DNA from: Deltaproteobacteria bacterium
Lineage (GTDB): Bacteria; Myxococcota; JACRCW01
Assembly: GCA_016218805.1 (NCBI GenBank)
Contig: JACRCW010000124.1
Coordinates: 1-36,896 of the forward strand
Length of the DNA: 36,896 nucleotides
Reading direction: 5' to 3'
The notes beneath the pieces are model-generated. The model made no database searches, was not told where the DNA came from, and saw only the letters and a list, made by a program, of their open reading frames with translations. Positions 8,659 to 17,352 of the stretch are shown one piece after another (the first letter of the stretch is position 1; each line of letters starts with the position of its first letter). Made by a program: the position numbers and the translations under genes.

Positions 8659-8916
8659 ATGGTGACCCTGAGCGTGAAGGTGCCCGAGTCCCTGCGGGAA
8701 CTCCTGGACGAGATGGTGCGCCGGACCGGCAAGACCCAGTCGACGCTCATCCGTGAGGCGCTGGAGCAGTTGGGTTCCCGCCGGCGCGGCGCACGGCGCC
8801 GGCAGCCCTCGCTGCTGGCGCGTACCCGCCACCTGTGCGGCGTCCTGCAGAGCGGACGAACTGACCTGGCGTCCAACCCCGAGCACCTGGAGGGTTTCGG
8901 GCAGTGGAAGCGGTGA
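8659..8916 (+). CDS. Ribbon-helix-helix (CopG-like) antitoxin
   Basis: MVTLSVKVPESLRELLDEMVRRTGKTQSTLIREAL fits the RHH pattern, and the ORF overlaps the downstream PIN gene. Confidence 0.85.
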   Translation: MVTLSVKVPESLRELLDEMVRRTGKTQSTLIREALEQLGSRRRGARRRQPSLLARTRHLCGVLQSGRTDLASNPEHLEGFGQWKR

Positions 8917-9320
8917 TCATGGACGCGGGTCCGCTGGTCGCCTTCTTGGACCGGAGCGAACGGCACCACGCGTGGGTCACCCAGGCGTGGGACGTTCTGG
9001 GCCCCCGGGTTATCACCTGCGAGGCAGCGCTGGCCGAGGCCGCGTATCTCGTCGGGCGCATCCCAGGCGGCGCGGAACGCCTTGATGAATTGCTGGCAAC
9101 GGGAGGCTTTCGGATTGAGTTTGACCTGGCCGGTACCCTCGGGGAGGTGTTGTCGCTGCGTCGCCGCTTCCGGTCGGTGCCCATGTCGCTTGCGGATGCG
9201 TGCCTGGTCCGGATGGCCGAACTGCATGGTTCATCGTCGGTGATGACCCTGGACCGCGATTTCCTCGTCTACCGGAAGAACGGGCGGGGGCGGATTCCGC
9301 TCATTGCGCCGTTTGTGTGA
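8904..9320 (+). CDS. PIN-domain (VapC-family) toxin
   Basis: IMDAGPLVA, EAALAEA, MSLADAC and TLDRDF supply the acidic PIN residues. Confidence 0.9.
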   Translation: MEAVIMDAGPLVAFLDRSERHHAWVTQAWDVLGPRVITCEAALAEAAYLVGRIPGGAERLDELLATGGFRIEFDLAGTLGEVLSLRRRFRSVPMSLADACLVRMAELHGSSSVMTLDRDFLVYRKNGRGRIPLIAPFV

Positions 9321-9329
9321 ACGCACGCG

Positions 9330-10016
9330 CTACTTCTTCATTTCGCCGGTGATGGTGTTCTCCAGCGGGAGGATCTCCAGGCCGGCCCACGGGTCATCCT
9401 TGACGGGGATCATCAGTTTCCCCTGCTTCTCCTTCTCCTGCGCCACCTCTTCCAGCTTCTCCAAGGTGGCGGGGATGCCGTGGCGGGTGGCCCACTGCAT
9501 GACAAAGACGGGGATGTACCCGCCGGGGTTGAGTGCGGCGCGGTAGGTGGCGCGCGAGCGCTTGCCTCCGGGGAGCGCCTCCACGATCCAAAAGCCCTCA
9601 TAGACGGGCGGGCGGACGTGCCCGGCGCGCACGCCGAGTCCCGGCTCCTGGGTGAGCTTCCACTCCATGCGGAAGGTGCCGGTGCCGGCCTCATCCAGGT
9701 CCGTGGGAATGACGCGTTCCAGGACGACGTCACGCGGGCTGAGGAGCGGGTACTTGCTGATGGAGTAGTTCCAGGTGCGGTTGCCGTCCTTGCGGAACAT
9801 GCGGCAGTACTGGAGCGACCGCGACATGTTCTTGTCCTGGCACTGGCGCAGGATGGCGTGGCGCGCGGCCAGCGCGGAGGCCTCAATGGTGGCGGAGGCT
9901 TCCAGGGCAAACGTGTTGGGGCGGTTGGTCTCCTGCGCGGAGACGCGCACCTCCGAGATGGCGAGTGCGGGCGCGGAAGCCAGCAGGAGGAGGACGGGCA
10001 GGGCGCGGCGCAGCAT
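9330..10016 (-). CDS. Secreted START/SRPBCC-domain protein
   Basis: Signal peptide ending ALA, plus START-like motifs PLLSPRDVVL, EGFWIVE and NPGGYIPVFV. Confidence 0.7.
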   Translation of the reverse strand: MLRRALPVLLLLASAPALAISEVRVSAQETNRPNTFALEASATIEASALAARHAILRQCQDKNMSRSLQYCRMFRKDGNRTWNYSISKYPLLSPRDVVLERVIPTDLDEAGTGTFRMEWKLTQEPGLGVRAGHVRPPVYEGFWIVEALPGGKRSRATYRAALNPGGYIPVFVMQWATRHGIPATLEKLEEVAQEKEKQGKLMIPVKDDPWAGLEILPLENTITGEMKK

Positions 10017-10066
10017 GACGCTGGCGAGATACCAACAGGTCCCCGCCGCCGCCAGCGCGCCGCCTG

Positions 10067-10123
10067 CCTCCCCCCGCTTGCGGGGGGAGGTCGGCCGATG
10101 CGGAGCATCGGCCGGGTGGGGGG
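10067..10123. repeat. REP-like double-hairpin intergenic element
   Basis: Perfect inverted repeats CCTCCCCCCGC-TT-GCGGGGGGAGG (10067-10090) and CGGCCGATGC-GGA-GCATCGGCCG (10092-10114), followed by GGTGGGGGG. Confidence 0.7.
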
Positions 10124-10150
10124 TGGGTGGGCGCGGGTGTTTTGGCGTTC

Positions 10151-12529
10151 CTACGCGTCCTTCACATCCCGCGCGCGCAGGGTCACCACGGCCACGCCCC
10201 CCGCGGACCGCACGGCAACGCCGAGGTGGTCATCGTCATGGGCGGGGGACCAGCGGACCTGGCGGCCGTCCCCTTCCACGGTGCCCTCCGCCTGCCAGCG
10301 GGTGGAGACTGCGTCCGGCCCGCCACACAGCTGCACCTGCACGCCGTCCTTCCCGGCCGCAAACGAGAGCCGCACGGTGGGCGGTTCGTAGAGCGGGAGG
10401 TCCCGCGTGCGCACGCCGCGGCGGGGTGCGCTGTCACGCCACTGGTCAATGCGCTGGCGGCCCGGCACCTGGATGAGGCTGCCGTGGCCGCCGTCAAACC
10501 CGGCGTCAGGCGGGAGCGGGTCCACCACCATGCCGGCATCGCGTCCCGCGTCGGGCGGGGGCGGGTCGGCCATCATGCCGGCGTCAAACCCGGCGTCCTC
10601 CGGCAGGGGGTCCACCACCATCCCGGCGTCACGTCCCGCGTCAGGTGGCGGCGGGTCCACCACCATCCCGGCGTCACGTCCCGCGTCGGGCGGCGGCGGG
10701 TCCACCACCATGCCGGAGTCACGCCCGGCGTCCTCCGGCAGCGGGTCCACCACGTTGCCGGCGTCATACCCCGCGTCCACGCCGCCATCCTGCGGGACGG
10801 GATCCACCACCATGCCGCCGTCTCCGGGGACGGGGTCATACACGCACCCGGCGCTGATGCCTTCCACCGTGCCGGCCAGCGCCAGGGACGCGCCCAGCGC
10901 AAGGCCCTGCGCCACGCCCACCAGCTGACGGCGCGGCTTGCGGGACTTGCGCGCCTCCAGCGCCACGGCCTCCATGTCCTGCTCCAGCGCGTCCATCTGC
11001 GCCTGCCAGCGGCCGTCGGCACCGGCAATGCGCAGGCCCAGCAGCGCGGTCTCCCGCTCCACCAGTTCGCGGTCGTCACCTGCCGCGGCGGCCAGCGCCA
11101 GCGCCTCTTCCAGGAAGCCCGCGGTCTCACGGGCAATGCCGCGCGTGAGTTCGCGCGCGCGTTCAGACACGCGCGCCACGCCGGGTGTGCCGGCGTGGAA
11201 GTGCGCCAGCACGGCGGCGGAGTAGCCCAGCCCCATGTAGCGGTTGGCCACGCCGTCCGGCGCAAAGTTGCGCTCGCGGAACGCCGCGGCGCAGATGCGG
11301 AACAACAGCTCCGCCTTGTCGTCAACGATGCGGTAGTTCCAACCCAGGTAGCTGCCGCCCAGTTCCTGGCGGCGGGCCAGTTCCCGCTGCAAGGGCGTGC
11401 CGTGGTACGGCTCGGCGCGGCAGAAGTTGACCGGGTGGTCGGCGTGCTCGCGCATGAACGCAATGTTCTCGCGCACGTCGTCAAGCGTGGCATCCGGTTC
11501 AAACAGCAGGATGTTGTAGCAGGCAAAGATGCCGGCCTCGCGGCAGGCGCGCAGTGCCTCGCGCACGCGGGCGGTCTGGCTGGAGCGCCGCATGTGCGTT
11601 GCGCCGGCCTGGGATGCATTCTCCACGCCCACGTACAGGCGCAGCACGCCCAGCGCGCGCAACTCGCGCGCCAGGTCCGCCGTCACGCAATCCGGGCGCG
11701 CCTTGCCAATGATGCCCACCATTCCCACCTGGCGCGCGTCCAGCGCGGCGCGGATGGCGCGCACGCGCTCCAACGTGTCCGCCGGGCGCGGGAGCAGGAA
11801 GTTGTCGTCGTGGAAGCAGTAGATGCACGGCTCCCCGGCGGCGTGCCACAGGCGCGCCATCTCGTCCGCAATGTTGGCTGGGGAGCGCAGGCGCAGCGTC
11901 TTCCCGCCGCCCTTCTCGCGCGCATCCCGGTAGAAGGACGTGATGGAGCAGTAGCTGCACCGGCCCCAGCAGCCGCGGCTGCCCATGATGGGGATGAACG
12001 GGACGTCCAGGTGGCGGTTGTGCGGGCGGTAGCGTGCCGCGTGGGGCAGCGCGTCCAGGTCCTCCACAATGGCGCGCGGAGCCGTGAGCCGTGCGGCACC
12101 GCCCGGCGCCGCCAGCGCGAGTCCGGCCACCGTGTCCAGGGGACGGCGGTCCCGCAGGGCGTCCAGCAGATTCACCAGGGTGTGCTCGCCTTCGTGCAGG
12201 ACCACGCTGTCCACGCCGTGCGCGTGGCCCAGGACCTGGTCATGCGCCAGTGTGGGGAAGTGGCCGCCGCAGGTGAGGTGGCCGCGGAACCCGGCGGCGC
12301 GCAGCCGGCGCGCCAGGCCAAGGAATTCATGCGCGCGGTGCTGGAACTGCATGGACAGGCCCACCACGTCCGGCTTCTGACGCAGGGCCAGCGTGACGAC
12401 GTCATCCACGGCGTCCGGGTCATTGAACGGCACCACGCGCACCGCGTGCCCCGCCGCGTGCACGCATGCCGCCAGCAGCCCCATCCCCAGGTTCTCCTCG
12501 AAATCCGCACCCACCAGCACGAGTTTCAT
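10151..12529 (-). CDS. B12-binding radical SAM protein (class B methyltransferase-like) with a C-terminal signal-like segment, repeat tract and small beta domain
   Basis: N-terminal cobalamin-binding Rossmann domain (ENLGMGLLAA, VVGLSM, GGHFPT). SRGCWGRCSYC is the CxxxCxxC motif. Core motifs FHDDNF, YVGVEN and EPYHGTPL. Confidence 0.92.
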   Translation of the reverse strand: MKLVLVGADFEENLGMGLLAACVHAAGHAVRVVPFNDPDAVDDVVTLALRQKPDVVGLSMQFQHRAHEFLGLARRLRAAGFRGHLTCGGHFPTLAHDQVLGHAHGVDSVVLHEGEHTLVNLLDALRDRRPLDTVAGLALAAPGGAARLTAPRAIVEDLDALPHAARYRPHNRHLDVPFIPIMGSRGCWGRCSYCSITSFYRDAREKGGGKTLRLRSPANIADEMARLWHAAGEPCIYCFHDDNFLLPRPADTLERVRAIRAALDARQVGMVGIIGKARPDCVTADLARELRALGVLRLYVGVENASQAGATHMRRSSQTARVREALRACREAGIFACYNILLFEPDATLDDVRENIAFMREHADHPVNFCRAEPYHGTPLQRELARRQELGGSYLGWNYRIVDDKAELLFRICAAAFRERNFAPDGVANRYMGLGYSAAVLAHFHAGTPGVARVSERARELTRGIARETAGFLEEALALAAAAGDDRELVERETALLGLRIAGADGRWQAQMDALEQDMEAVALEARKSRKPRRQLVGVAQGLALGASLALAGTVEGISAGCVYDPVPGDGGMVVDPVPQDGGVDAGYDAGNVVDPLPEDAGRDSGMVVDPPPPDAGRDAGMVVDPPPPDAGRDAGMVVDPLPEDAGFDAGMMADPPPPDAGRDAGMVVDPLPPDAGFDGGHGSLIQVPGRQRIDQWRDSAPRRGVRTRDLPLYEPPTVRLSFAAGKDGVQVQLCGGPDAVSTRWQAEGTVEGDGRQVRWSPAHDDDHLGVAVRSAGGVAVVTLRARDVKDA
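10487..10843 (-). repeat. Coding tandem repeat, mostly 45-bp units, giving 8 xxDP(L/V/P)P cores
   Basis: VYDPVPGDGG, MVVDPVPQDGGVDAGYDAG, NVVDPLPEDAGRDSG, MVVDPPPPDAGRDAG x2, MVVDPLPEDAGFDAG, MMADPPPPDAGRDAG, MVVDPLPPDAGFDGG. Confidence 0.95.
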
Positions 12530-12637
12530 CGCCGCACCCTCACGCCCGGCGTCGTGCCGGTGCGCTTCCGGTACGCAGCGCCCGACGGGGATTCAACGGT
12601 CAAGCAGCCGGTCCCGCAGTCCTCGCGTGACGCCGCG

Positions 12638-13141
12638 TCAGCTTTGGGTGGCGCGGGCCAGCGCGGTGAACCAACGGACCTTCTCGTCCTCGGAGAGGAC
12701 CGCGTTGGCTGGGCTGGTGGATGGGAGCAGGAACATGCGCGCGCCGCCGATACGGTGCGCCTGGACGCCCAGCACCGCCGTGCGGCGCGGACGCCACAGC
12801 GGGCAGAACGCGTCCTTGCCAACAAACGCAAACCACGCGGGCCGCAGTGACCAGGCCAGGCGTTCCAGCCGCGCGAGCGCGCCGTCAAAGTCACGCGCGC
12901 GCAGGTCCCCACTGCCGCGTGTCACCCGCGCCACGCTGTTGGTGAGGCCCAGTCCGTCGTCAACCAGGAGCGCCTGCTCGTGCGGGGCCAGCAGGCGGCG
13001 CGTGAGCCCGGCGCGGTGCAGCGCGCGCCAGAAGCAATTACGGGGATTGGCGAAGTGGGCGCCGGCCGCCGCGCTGACGCGTCCCGGGTTGATGCCAACG
13101 AACACGATTCGCAATCCCGGCGCCAGGACATCGGGGAGCAT
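12638..13141 (-). CDS. mug: G/U mismatch-specific DNA glycosylase (UDG family 2)
   Basis: LPDVLAPGLRIVFVGINPG, HFANPRNCFW, LPSTSPAN. Confidence 0.9.
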   Translation of the reverse strand: MLPDVLAPGLRIVFVGINPGRVSAAAGAHFANPRNCFWRALHRAGLTRRLLAPHEQALLVDDGLGLTNSVARVTRGSGDLRARDFDGALARLERLAWSLRPAWFAFVGKDAFCPLWRPRRTAVLGVQAHRIGGARMFLLPSTSPANAVLSEDEKVRWFTALARATQS

Positions 13142-13803
13142 CAGTTCCCCGTCGACAGGGCGCGGGCCAGTTGCGCCAGCAGCGCGGTGCCCGCCTCTTC
13201 GGCCGTGGTGCCAAAGGACACGATGCCGTCCTCATGCCCGTCCATGGACAGCACCCGCAGGCGCCGCAGCGGACCGTCACGGAACAACCGGTCCACCTCC
13301 GCAGCCATCTCCGGGGTTCCGTACGGCGCATCCACCGGCGTGCGCGGCAGCTCCAGGCGCGCGGCGGCCTTCCAGAGAACCGGGCTGTGCACGTGGAACA
13401 CCCAGCGGACGTGACGGCCGTGCTCATAGATGGCGCCGTGGGTCATGGATTCTGACGACGGCGGGACCGGACCGCGGCTGGCCACGCGGTTGCGGCGCAC
13501 GTCATGCTTCTCCACCAGGGCCACGTCGGTATCCCCCAGGACGCGCCGGCCGCCCGTCTGGGTGCCCGTCACCCAGAACGCCGCCGCGCCCGCGGACACG
13601 CGTGCGCTCACGTTGCCAAACCCCGCGCCGCCATAGCGCGCCGGGGCCTGCCCGATGAGCCCCAGGTCCCACAGGATGGTGCGCCACCCGGTGAGCGGTC
13701 CCAGCACGTCGGGCGGGACGGGCAGCGGGATGCCCGTGGCAACGTGATCCGCCGTGAACTTGATGACGCCCTCGTCGTGCCGCGGCGCTCCGTGGGTGAC
13801 CAT
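13141..13803 (-). CDS. Class II aldolase/adducin family protein
   Basis: GNVSAR, PSSESMTHGAIY, HVH and GH metal-binding motifs. Its stop overlaps the mug start. Confidence 0.85.
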   Translation of the reverse strand: MVTHGAPRHDEGVIKFTADHVATGIPLPVPPDVLGPLTGWRTILWDLGLIGQAPARYGGAGFGNVSARVSAGAAAFWVTGTQTGGRRVLGDTDVALVEKHDVRRNRVASRGPVPPSSESMTHGAIYEHGRHVRWVFHVHSPVLWKAAARLELPRTPVDAPYGTPEMAAEVDRLFRDGPLRRLRVLSMDGHEDGIVSFGTTAEEAGTALLAQLARALSTGN

Positions 13804-13858
13804 GGGGCGCGTGGATAGGCCGTGGCCTTGGGCAAGGACAACGGCTGGGCGGTGGCCC

Positions 13859-14326
13859 TCAGGGTCCGGGCTTGTCCAGACCGCTGACTGTGAGCCCGCC
13901 GCCGGCCACCTGCGCCGCGTTGTCCAGCACCAGCAGGCGCACGCGCCCGGTGGCGGCCACGCGGCCGGTGTCGTCGGAAATGGTGACCTCCCACAGCTGT
14001 GACCGCCGGCCGCGCGTCAGCGGCCGGCCCACCGCGCGCAACACACCGCCGCGCACCGCGTGCAGGAACGAGGTGTGGTTGTCCAGCCCCACCGCGCTGA
14101 GTCCGTGCGGCATCACGTTGATGGCCGCGCCCACGGAGGCCACCGTCTCCACGATGGACGCGTGCACGCCGCCGTGGACCAGGCCGTACGCCTGCAGGTG
14201 CTCCGGGCGCACGGTCAGTTCCGCGGTGACCTCGTCAAGCGTGGCGCGCGTGAACCGCAGCCCGTTGGCGCGCACCCAGCCGTCGTCAATCGTGTTGATG
14301 GCCTCGCTGAAGTCCTGCTGTTCCAT
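13859..14326 (-). CDS. PaaI-family hotdog thioesterase
   Basis: HLQAYGLVHGGVHASIVET, SFLHAV, RGRRSQLWEV. GGAG RBS before ATG 14326. Confidence 0.9.
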   Translation of the reverse strand: MEQQDFSEAINTIDDGWVRANGLRFTRATLDEVTAELTVRPEHLQAYGLVHGGVHASIVETVASVGAAINVMPHGLSAVGLDNHTSFLHAVRGGVLRAVGRPLTRGRRSQLWEVTISDDTGRVAATGRVRLLVLDNAAQVAGGGLTVSGLDKPGP

Positions 14327-14451
14327 GGCGCGCTCCGTGCGCGTTCCATGGCGCGGCGGCGAGGGGGCGCGCAAGGCCGCGTTGCGCGTTGCAGGGGACG
14401 GGGCTACCCACCCGCCGCGCGGCGGCCAGGGTGCCGCGCGCTGGAGGAGCC

Positions 14452-14940
14452 ATGGAGAAGGCAGAAGCGGGCCCCGGGGTGCTGGAGACGGACCAGGTGG
14501 ACGTCCGCACACTCACCATGCAGGACCTGGACTGGGTGGTGCGGATTGACGCGCAGCACTCCGGGCGCACGCGCAAGGAGTACTACCGGGTGAAGCTCAA
14601 TGAGGTGCAGTCAGACACCGGCGTGCGCGTGTCGCTGGCCGCCACGGTGAAGGGCGAGCACGCCGGGTTCCTGATGGCACGCCTGTACTACGGCGAGTTC
14701 GGCGTGCCGGAGCCCGTGGCCATCCTGGATTCCCTCGGCGTGGCCAAGGCGTTTGCGGGGCAGCACGTGAGCAAGGCGCTGATGCGGCAACTGGAGATGA
14801 ACCTCTCCGCGCTGGGCATTGAGCGGCTGCAGACGCAGGTGGAATGGGACCAGGTGGATCTCATCCGGTTCTTCCAGCGCGCCGGGTTCAAGCCTGCCCC
14901 GCGGCTGTGCCTGGAGAAGCCGGTCCGGCGTCCGCACTGA
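14452..14940 (+). CDS. GNAT-family N-acetyltransferase
   Basis: LDSLGVAKAFAGQHVSKALM acetyl-CoA motif A and FFQRAGF. GGAGGA RBS. Confidence 0.85.
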   Translation: MEKAEAGPGVLETDQVDVRTLTMQDLDWVVRIDAQHSGRTRKEYYRVKLNEVQSDTGVRVSLAATVKGEHAGFLMARLYYGEFGVPEPVAILDSLGVAKAFAGQHVSKALMRQLEMNLSALGIERLQTQVEWDQVDLIRFFQRAGFKPAPRLCLEKPVRRPH

Positions 14941-14955
14941 TTTGTCCGTCTGCCT

Positions 14956-15393
14956 TCAGGGCCCGCCCGCCAGCAGCATGGCCGCGGCGATGACGGCGGT
15001 CACCAGCGGCGGCACCACCAGGATGGCCACGCAACCCTTGGCCTGGCCCTGCACCGGCACCACGCGCTCCTCGGTCGGCTCGCCGTCCACAACGAGCCGG
15101 ACCGGGAACCCGCGCGAGGCGTACGCGCCCCAGTGCAACTCCAGGTTGTGCGCGCGGCCTTCCCAACTGAACTGCGATGAGACCGAGCCGGTCATCCCGC
15201 TGCGCCCGCCGGTGACCAGCACGGGCACGCCGTCGACGTAGACATCGATGCTGGCGGTGCTCCACAGGTAGCGGGGCACGGTGCGCGCGCGCAGGCGGAA
15301 CGGGATGCCCGCGTGCACCAGGCGCACGCCCGCGTCCAACTGCGGGTCTGCCAGCGGCGCGGCCGACGACGGGTGGTGGACCAACGGGTCCAT
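14956..15393 (-). CDS. Hypothetical protein with a C-terminal transmembrane helix
   Basis: Start overlaps the PLD stop (TGATG). Hydrophobic C-terminus CVAILVVPPLVTAVIAAAMLL. Confidence 0.6.
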   Translation of the reverse strand: MDPLVHHPSSAAPLADPQLDAGVRLVHAGIPFRLRARTVPRYLWSTASIDVYVDGVPVLVTGGRSGMTGSVSSQFSWEGRAHNLELHWGAYASRGFPVRLVVDGEPTEERVVPVQGQAKGCVAILVVPPLVTAVIAAAMLLAGGP

Positions 15394-16796
15394 CACCAGA
15401 ACCCCAGCACCGGGTCCAGGATGCGGCGGCCAATCCCGCCCAGCGGCCGCGCGGCCTCCATGTCGGCGCGCGGTGCCTTCTCCGCGCTCTCGCGCAGCAC
15501 ATGGTCAAAGAACGCGCGTGACTCCGCGGCCAGCCCCGGGTCATCCACTTCCACAAACAGCTCATCATTGGCCAGCGTGCTGGCCAGGTTGAGGTTGTGC
15601 GAGCCGAAGTACGTGGTGTCATCCACGACGACGAGCTTGAGGTGCGTGAAGTTCCACGGCAGGCCCTTCACGCGCCGGAACGTGTGCAGCGAGACCCCGC
15701 AGCGCACCACCTCGTCCAGGTCCCGGATGGCCGCGAACCACGCCAGCGTGGAGATAGGCGGACTTTCATAGTCACCGTTGGTCAGCATGGTGACCACCGC
15801 CCCGCGCTGCGCGGCCCCGCACACCGCGGCCTTCACGCGCGGGTGCAGCACGGCGTACATGGACGTGAAGCGCACCTGGCTACCGGGTCCGGTCCGGGCC
15901 AGCCGCGTTTCCAGCGCGTCCAGCACGGGGTCCTGGATGACGCCCAGGCGCTCGTCCCAGGTGCGGGGGTTCTTCCCCTGCCGGCGCAGCGCCGTCATCT
16001 GGGCCACAAAATCCGTGTGCAACAGGCGTCCGCGCCGGGCCACGCCGTCCGGCCGCGAGGGTGCGTGCATCCAGCGGATGAGTTCGTCCAGCTGGCGGCG
16101 CCACGGGCCGTCCGGGTGCCGGGCGCTGGGGGGCACGTGCACGTCACGCTGCTGCTCGCTCAGCTCCACGCGCGGCAGCGCGGGCCGGATGACGTCCGCA
16201 CTCAGGCGGGCCAGCTCCCACAGCTTGCCAAACGCCTCCGCCACCTGGCGCACCAGCTCTCCCTTGAGCAGGTTGCTGGAATCAATCCACCGCAGGTTCA
16301 TCGCCGCATGCCCGCGCCCGGTGGTGAGCGCCCAGGCGTCATCCACAATGAGCACCTTCCCGTGCACACCGTCGGACGGGTGCCATCCATGTTTCACCAC
16401 GGACGCGGGCGAGCCGAACACGATGTACTCAATGGGCACCGCCGTGGGCGGGTCTGTCACATAGGACGGTGATTGGTTGAGCGGGTGGTACAGGTACTGG
16501 AAGAACCACTGCGTGATGACGCGGACCTTCACGCCGCGGTCCGCGGCCTGCCGCAGCGCGGCCAGCACCGGCAGCCCCACCTCGTCGTCACCCTGTTCAT
16601 AGAGCGCCAGGTCAATGGAGCGGCGCGCCTGGCTTATCAGGTACAGCCGGACTTCCAGGTCCGTGTACGGGTCAGCCACCAGCCGCACGTCATCATGGAT
16701 GTCCACCCAGGGGTAGGCTTCCGCGCGCGCGCCGGCCGGGGCGAGCGCGGCGGCCGCCAACAGGACCAGGGCGGTGAGCACCCGACGGCAACACAT
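15393..16796 (-). CDS. Secreted phospholipase D-family protein (two HKD motifs)
   Basis: HGKVLIVDD and HLKLVVVDD...GSHNLN. Signal peptide ending ARA-EA. Confidence 0.88.
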   Translation of the reverse strand: MCCRRVLTALVLLAAAALAPAGARAEAYPWVDIHDDVRLVADPYTDLEVRLYLISQARRSIDLALYEQGDDEVGLPVLAALRQAADRGVKVRVITQWFFQYLYHPLNQSPSYVTDPPTAVPIEYIVFGSPASVVKHGWHPSDGVHGKVLIVDDAWALTTGRGHAAMNLRWIDSSNLLKGELVRQVAEAFGKLWELARLSADVIRPALPRVELSEQQRDVHVPPSARHPDGPWRRQLDELIRWMHAPSRPDGVARRGRLLHTDFVAQMTALRRQGKNPRTWDERLGVIQDPVLDALETRLARTGPGSQVRFTSMYAVLHPRVKAAVCGAAQRGAVVTMLTNGDYESPPISTLAWFAAIRDLDEVVRCGVSLHTFRRVKGLPWNFTHLKLVVVDDTTYFGSHNLNLASTLANDELFVEVDDPGLAAESRAFFDHVLRESAEKAPRADMEAARPLGGIGRRILDPVLGFW

Positions 16797-16841
16797 GGTG
16801 CCCTCAAAGAGCACACGCCTCGGCGGTTTTCAAAGGGGAGA

Positions 16842-17303
16842 TCAGCCGCGGATGCGCTGGTGGGCCGGCGTGAGCGGCAGGGTGGTGGTGCGAACGGCCG
16901 CCACGGGGCCGGGCAGCCCGGCCGGTACGGGTACGGGTGCGGGCACCGGCGAAGGTGCGGACGGTGGGACGGGCACCTCGGCCGGGGGCGTGACCACCGC
17001 GCGCAGGCCCGTGTCCGTGACGCCCTCGGGAGGCGGCTCGTCCGTGGCCTGGAAGAGGTACGCGCGCAGGTGGCTGTCCAACGCCGCGTCCGCCTGGCGC
17101 AGCCACTCCAGCAGCATGGCCACCGTCTCACGCTGGTGCTCCAACTGCTGGAGCAGAACCTCCGCCAGCGCTCCGTCCGTGGCCGCGGCAATGCGCCGGC
17201 GCAGCTGCGTGGTGGCCTGCAACGCGTCCACCAGCGAGGCGGTGGCGGCCTCCAGGTTGGCCTGCGGGTCCGCCGGCGGAGGACTGTCAGGATCCGGGTT
17301 CAT
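16842..17303 (-). CDS. Divergent encapsulin-associated ferritin-like (EncFtn-like) protein with a Pro-rich tail
   Basis: R..A.TD..L..VL........E..AMLLEWLR..D....HLR.YLF matches the EncFtn pattern. GGAG RBS before ATG 17303. Confidence 0.7.
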   Translation of the reverse strand: MNPDPDSPPPADPQANLEAATASLVDALQATTQLRRRIAAATDGALAEVLLQQLEHQRETVAMLLEWLRQADAALDSHLRAYLFQATDEPPPEGVTDTGLRAVVTPPAEVPVPPSAPSPVPAPVPVPAGLPGPVAAVRTTTLPLTPAHQRIRG

Positions 17304-17352
17304 GCGCGCTCCATGACGATGTGCCGTAAGCCTACCATGCGCCCGCGCGCGC

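Noticed and set aside
6532..8886. 784-aa minus-strand ORF
   Set aside because: Antisense shadow of the large lipoprotein gene.
10487..10843. 45-bp tandem repeats as a CRISPR array
   Set aside because: There are no unique spacers, the units are in-frame coding with synonymous variation, and no cas genes are present.
10127..12850. 907-aa plus-strand ORF
   Set aside because: Antisense shadow of the radical SAM gene caused by high GC3; no recognisable motifs.
12638..14326. mug, aldolase and PaaI as tailoring genes of the radical SAM locus
   Set aside because: They are co-oriented but are common stand-alone housekeeping families, separated from the radical SAM gene by a ~110-bp gap. Nothing in the sequence links them functionally.
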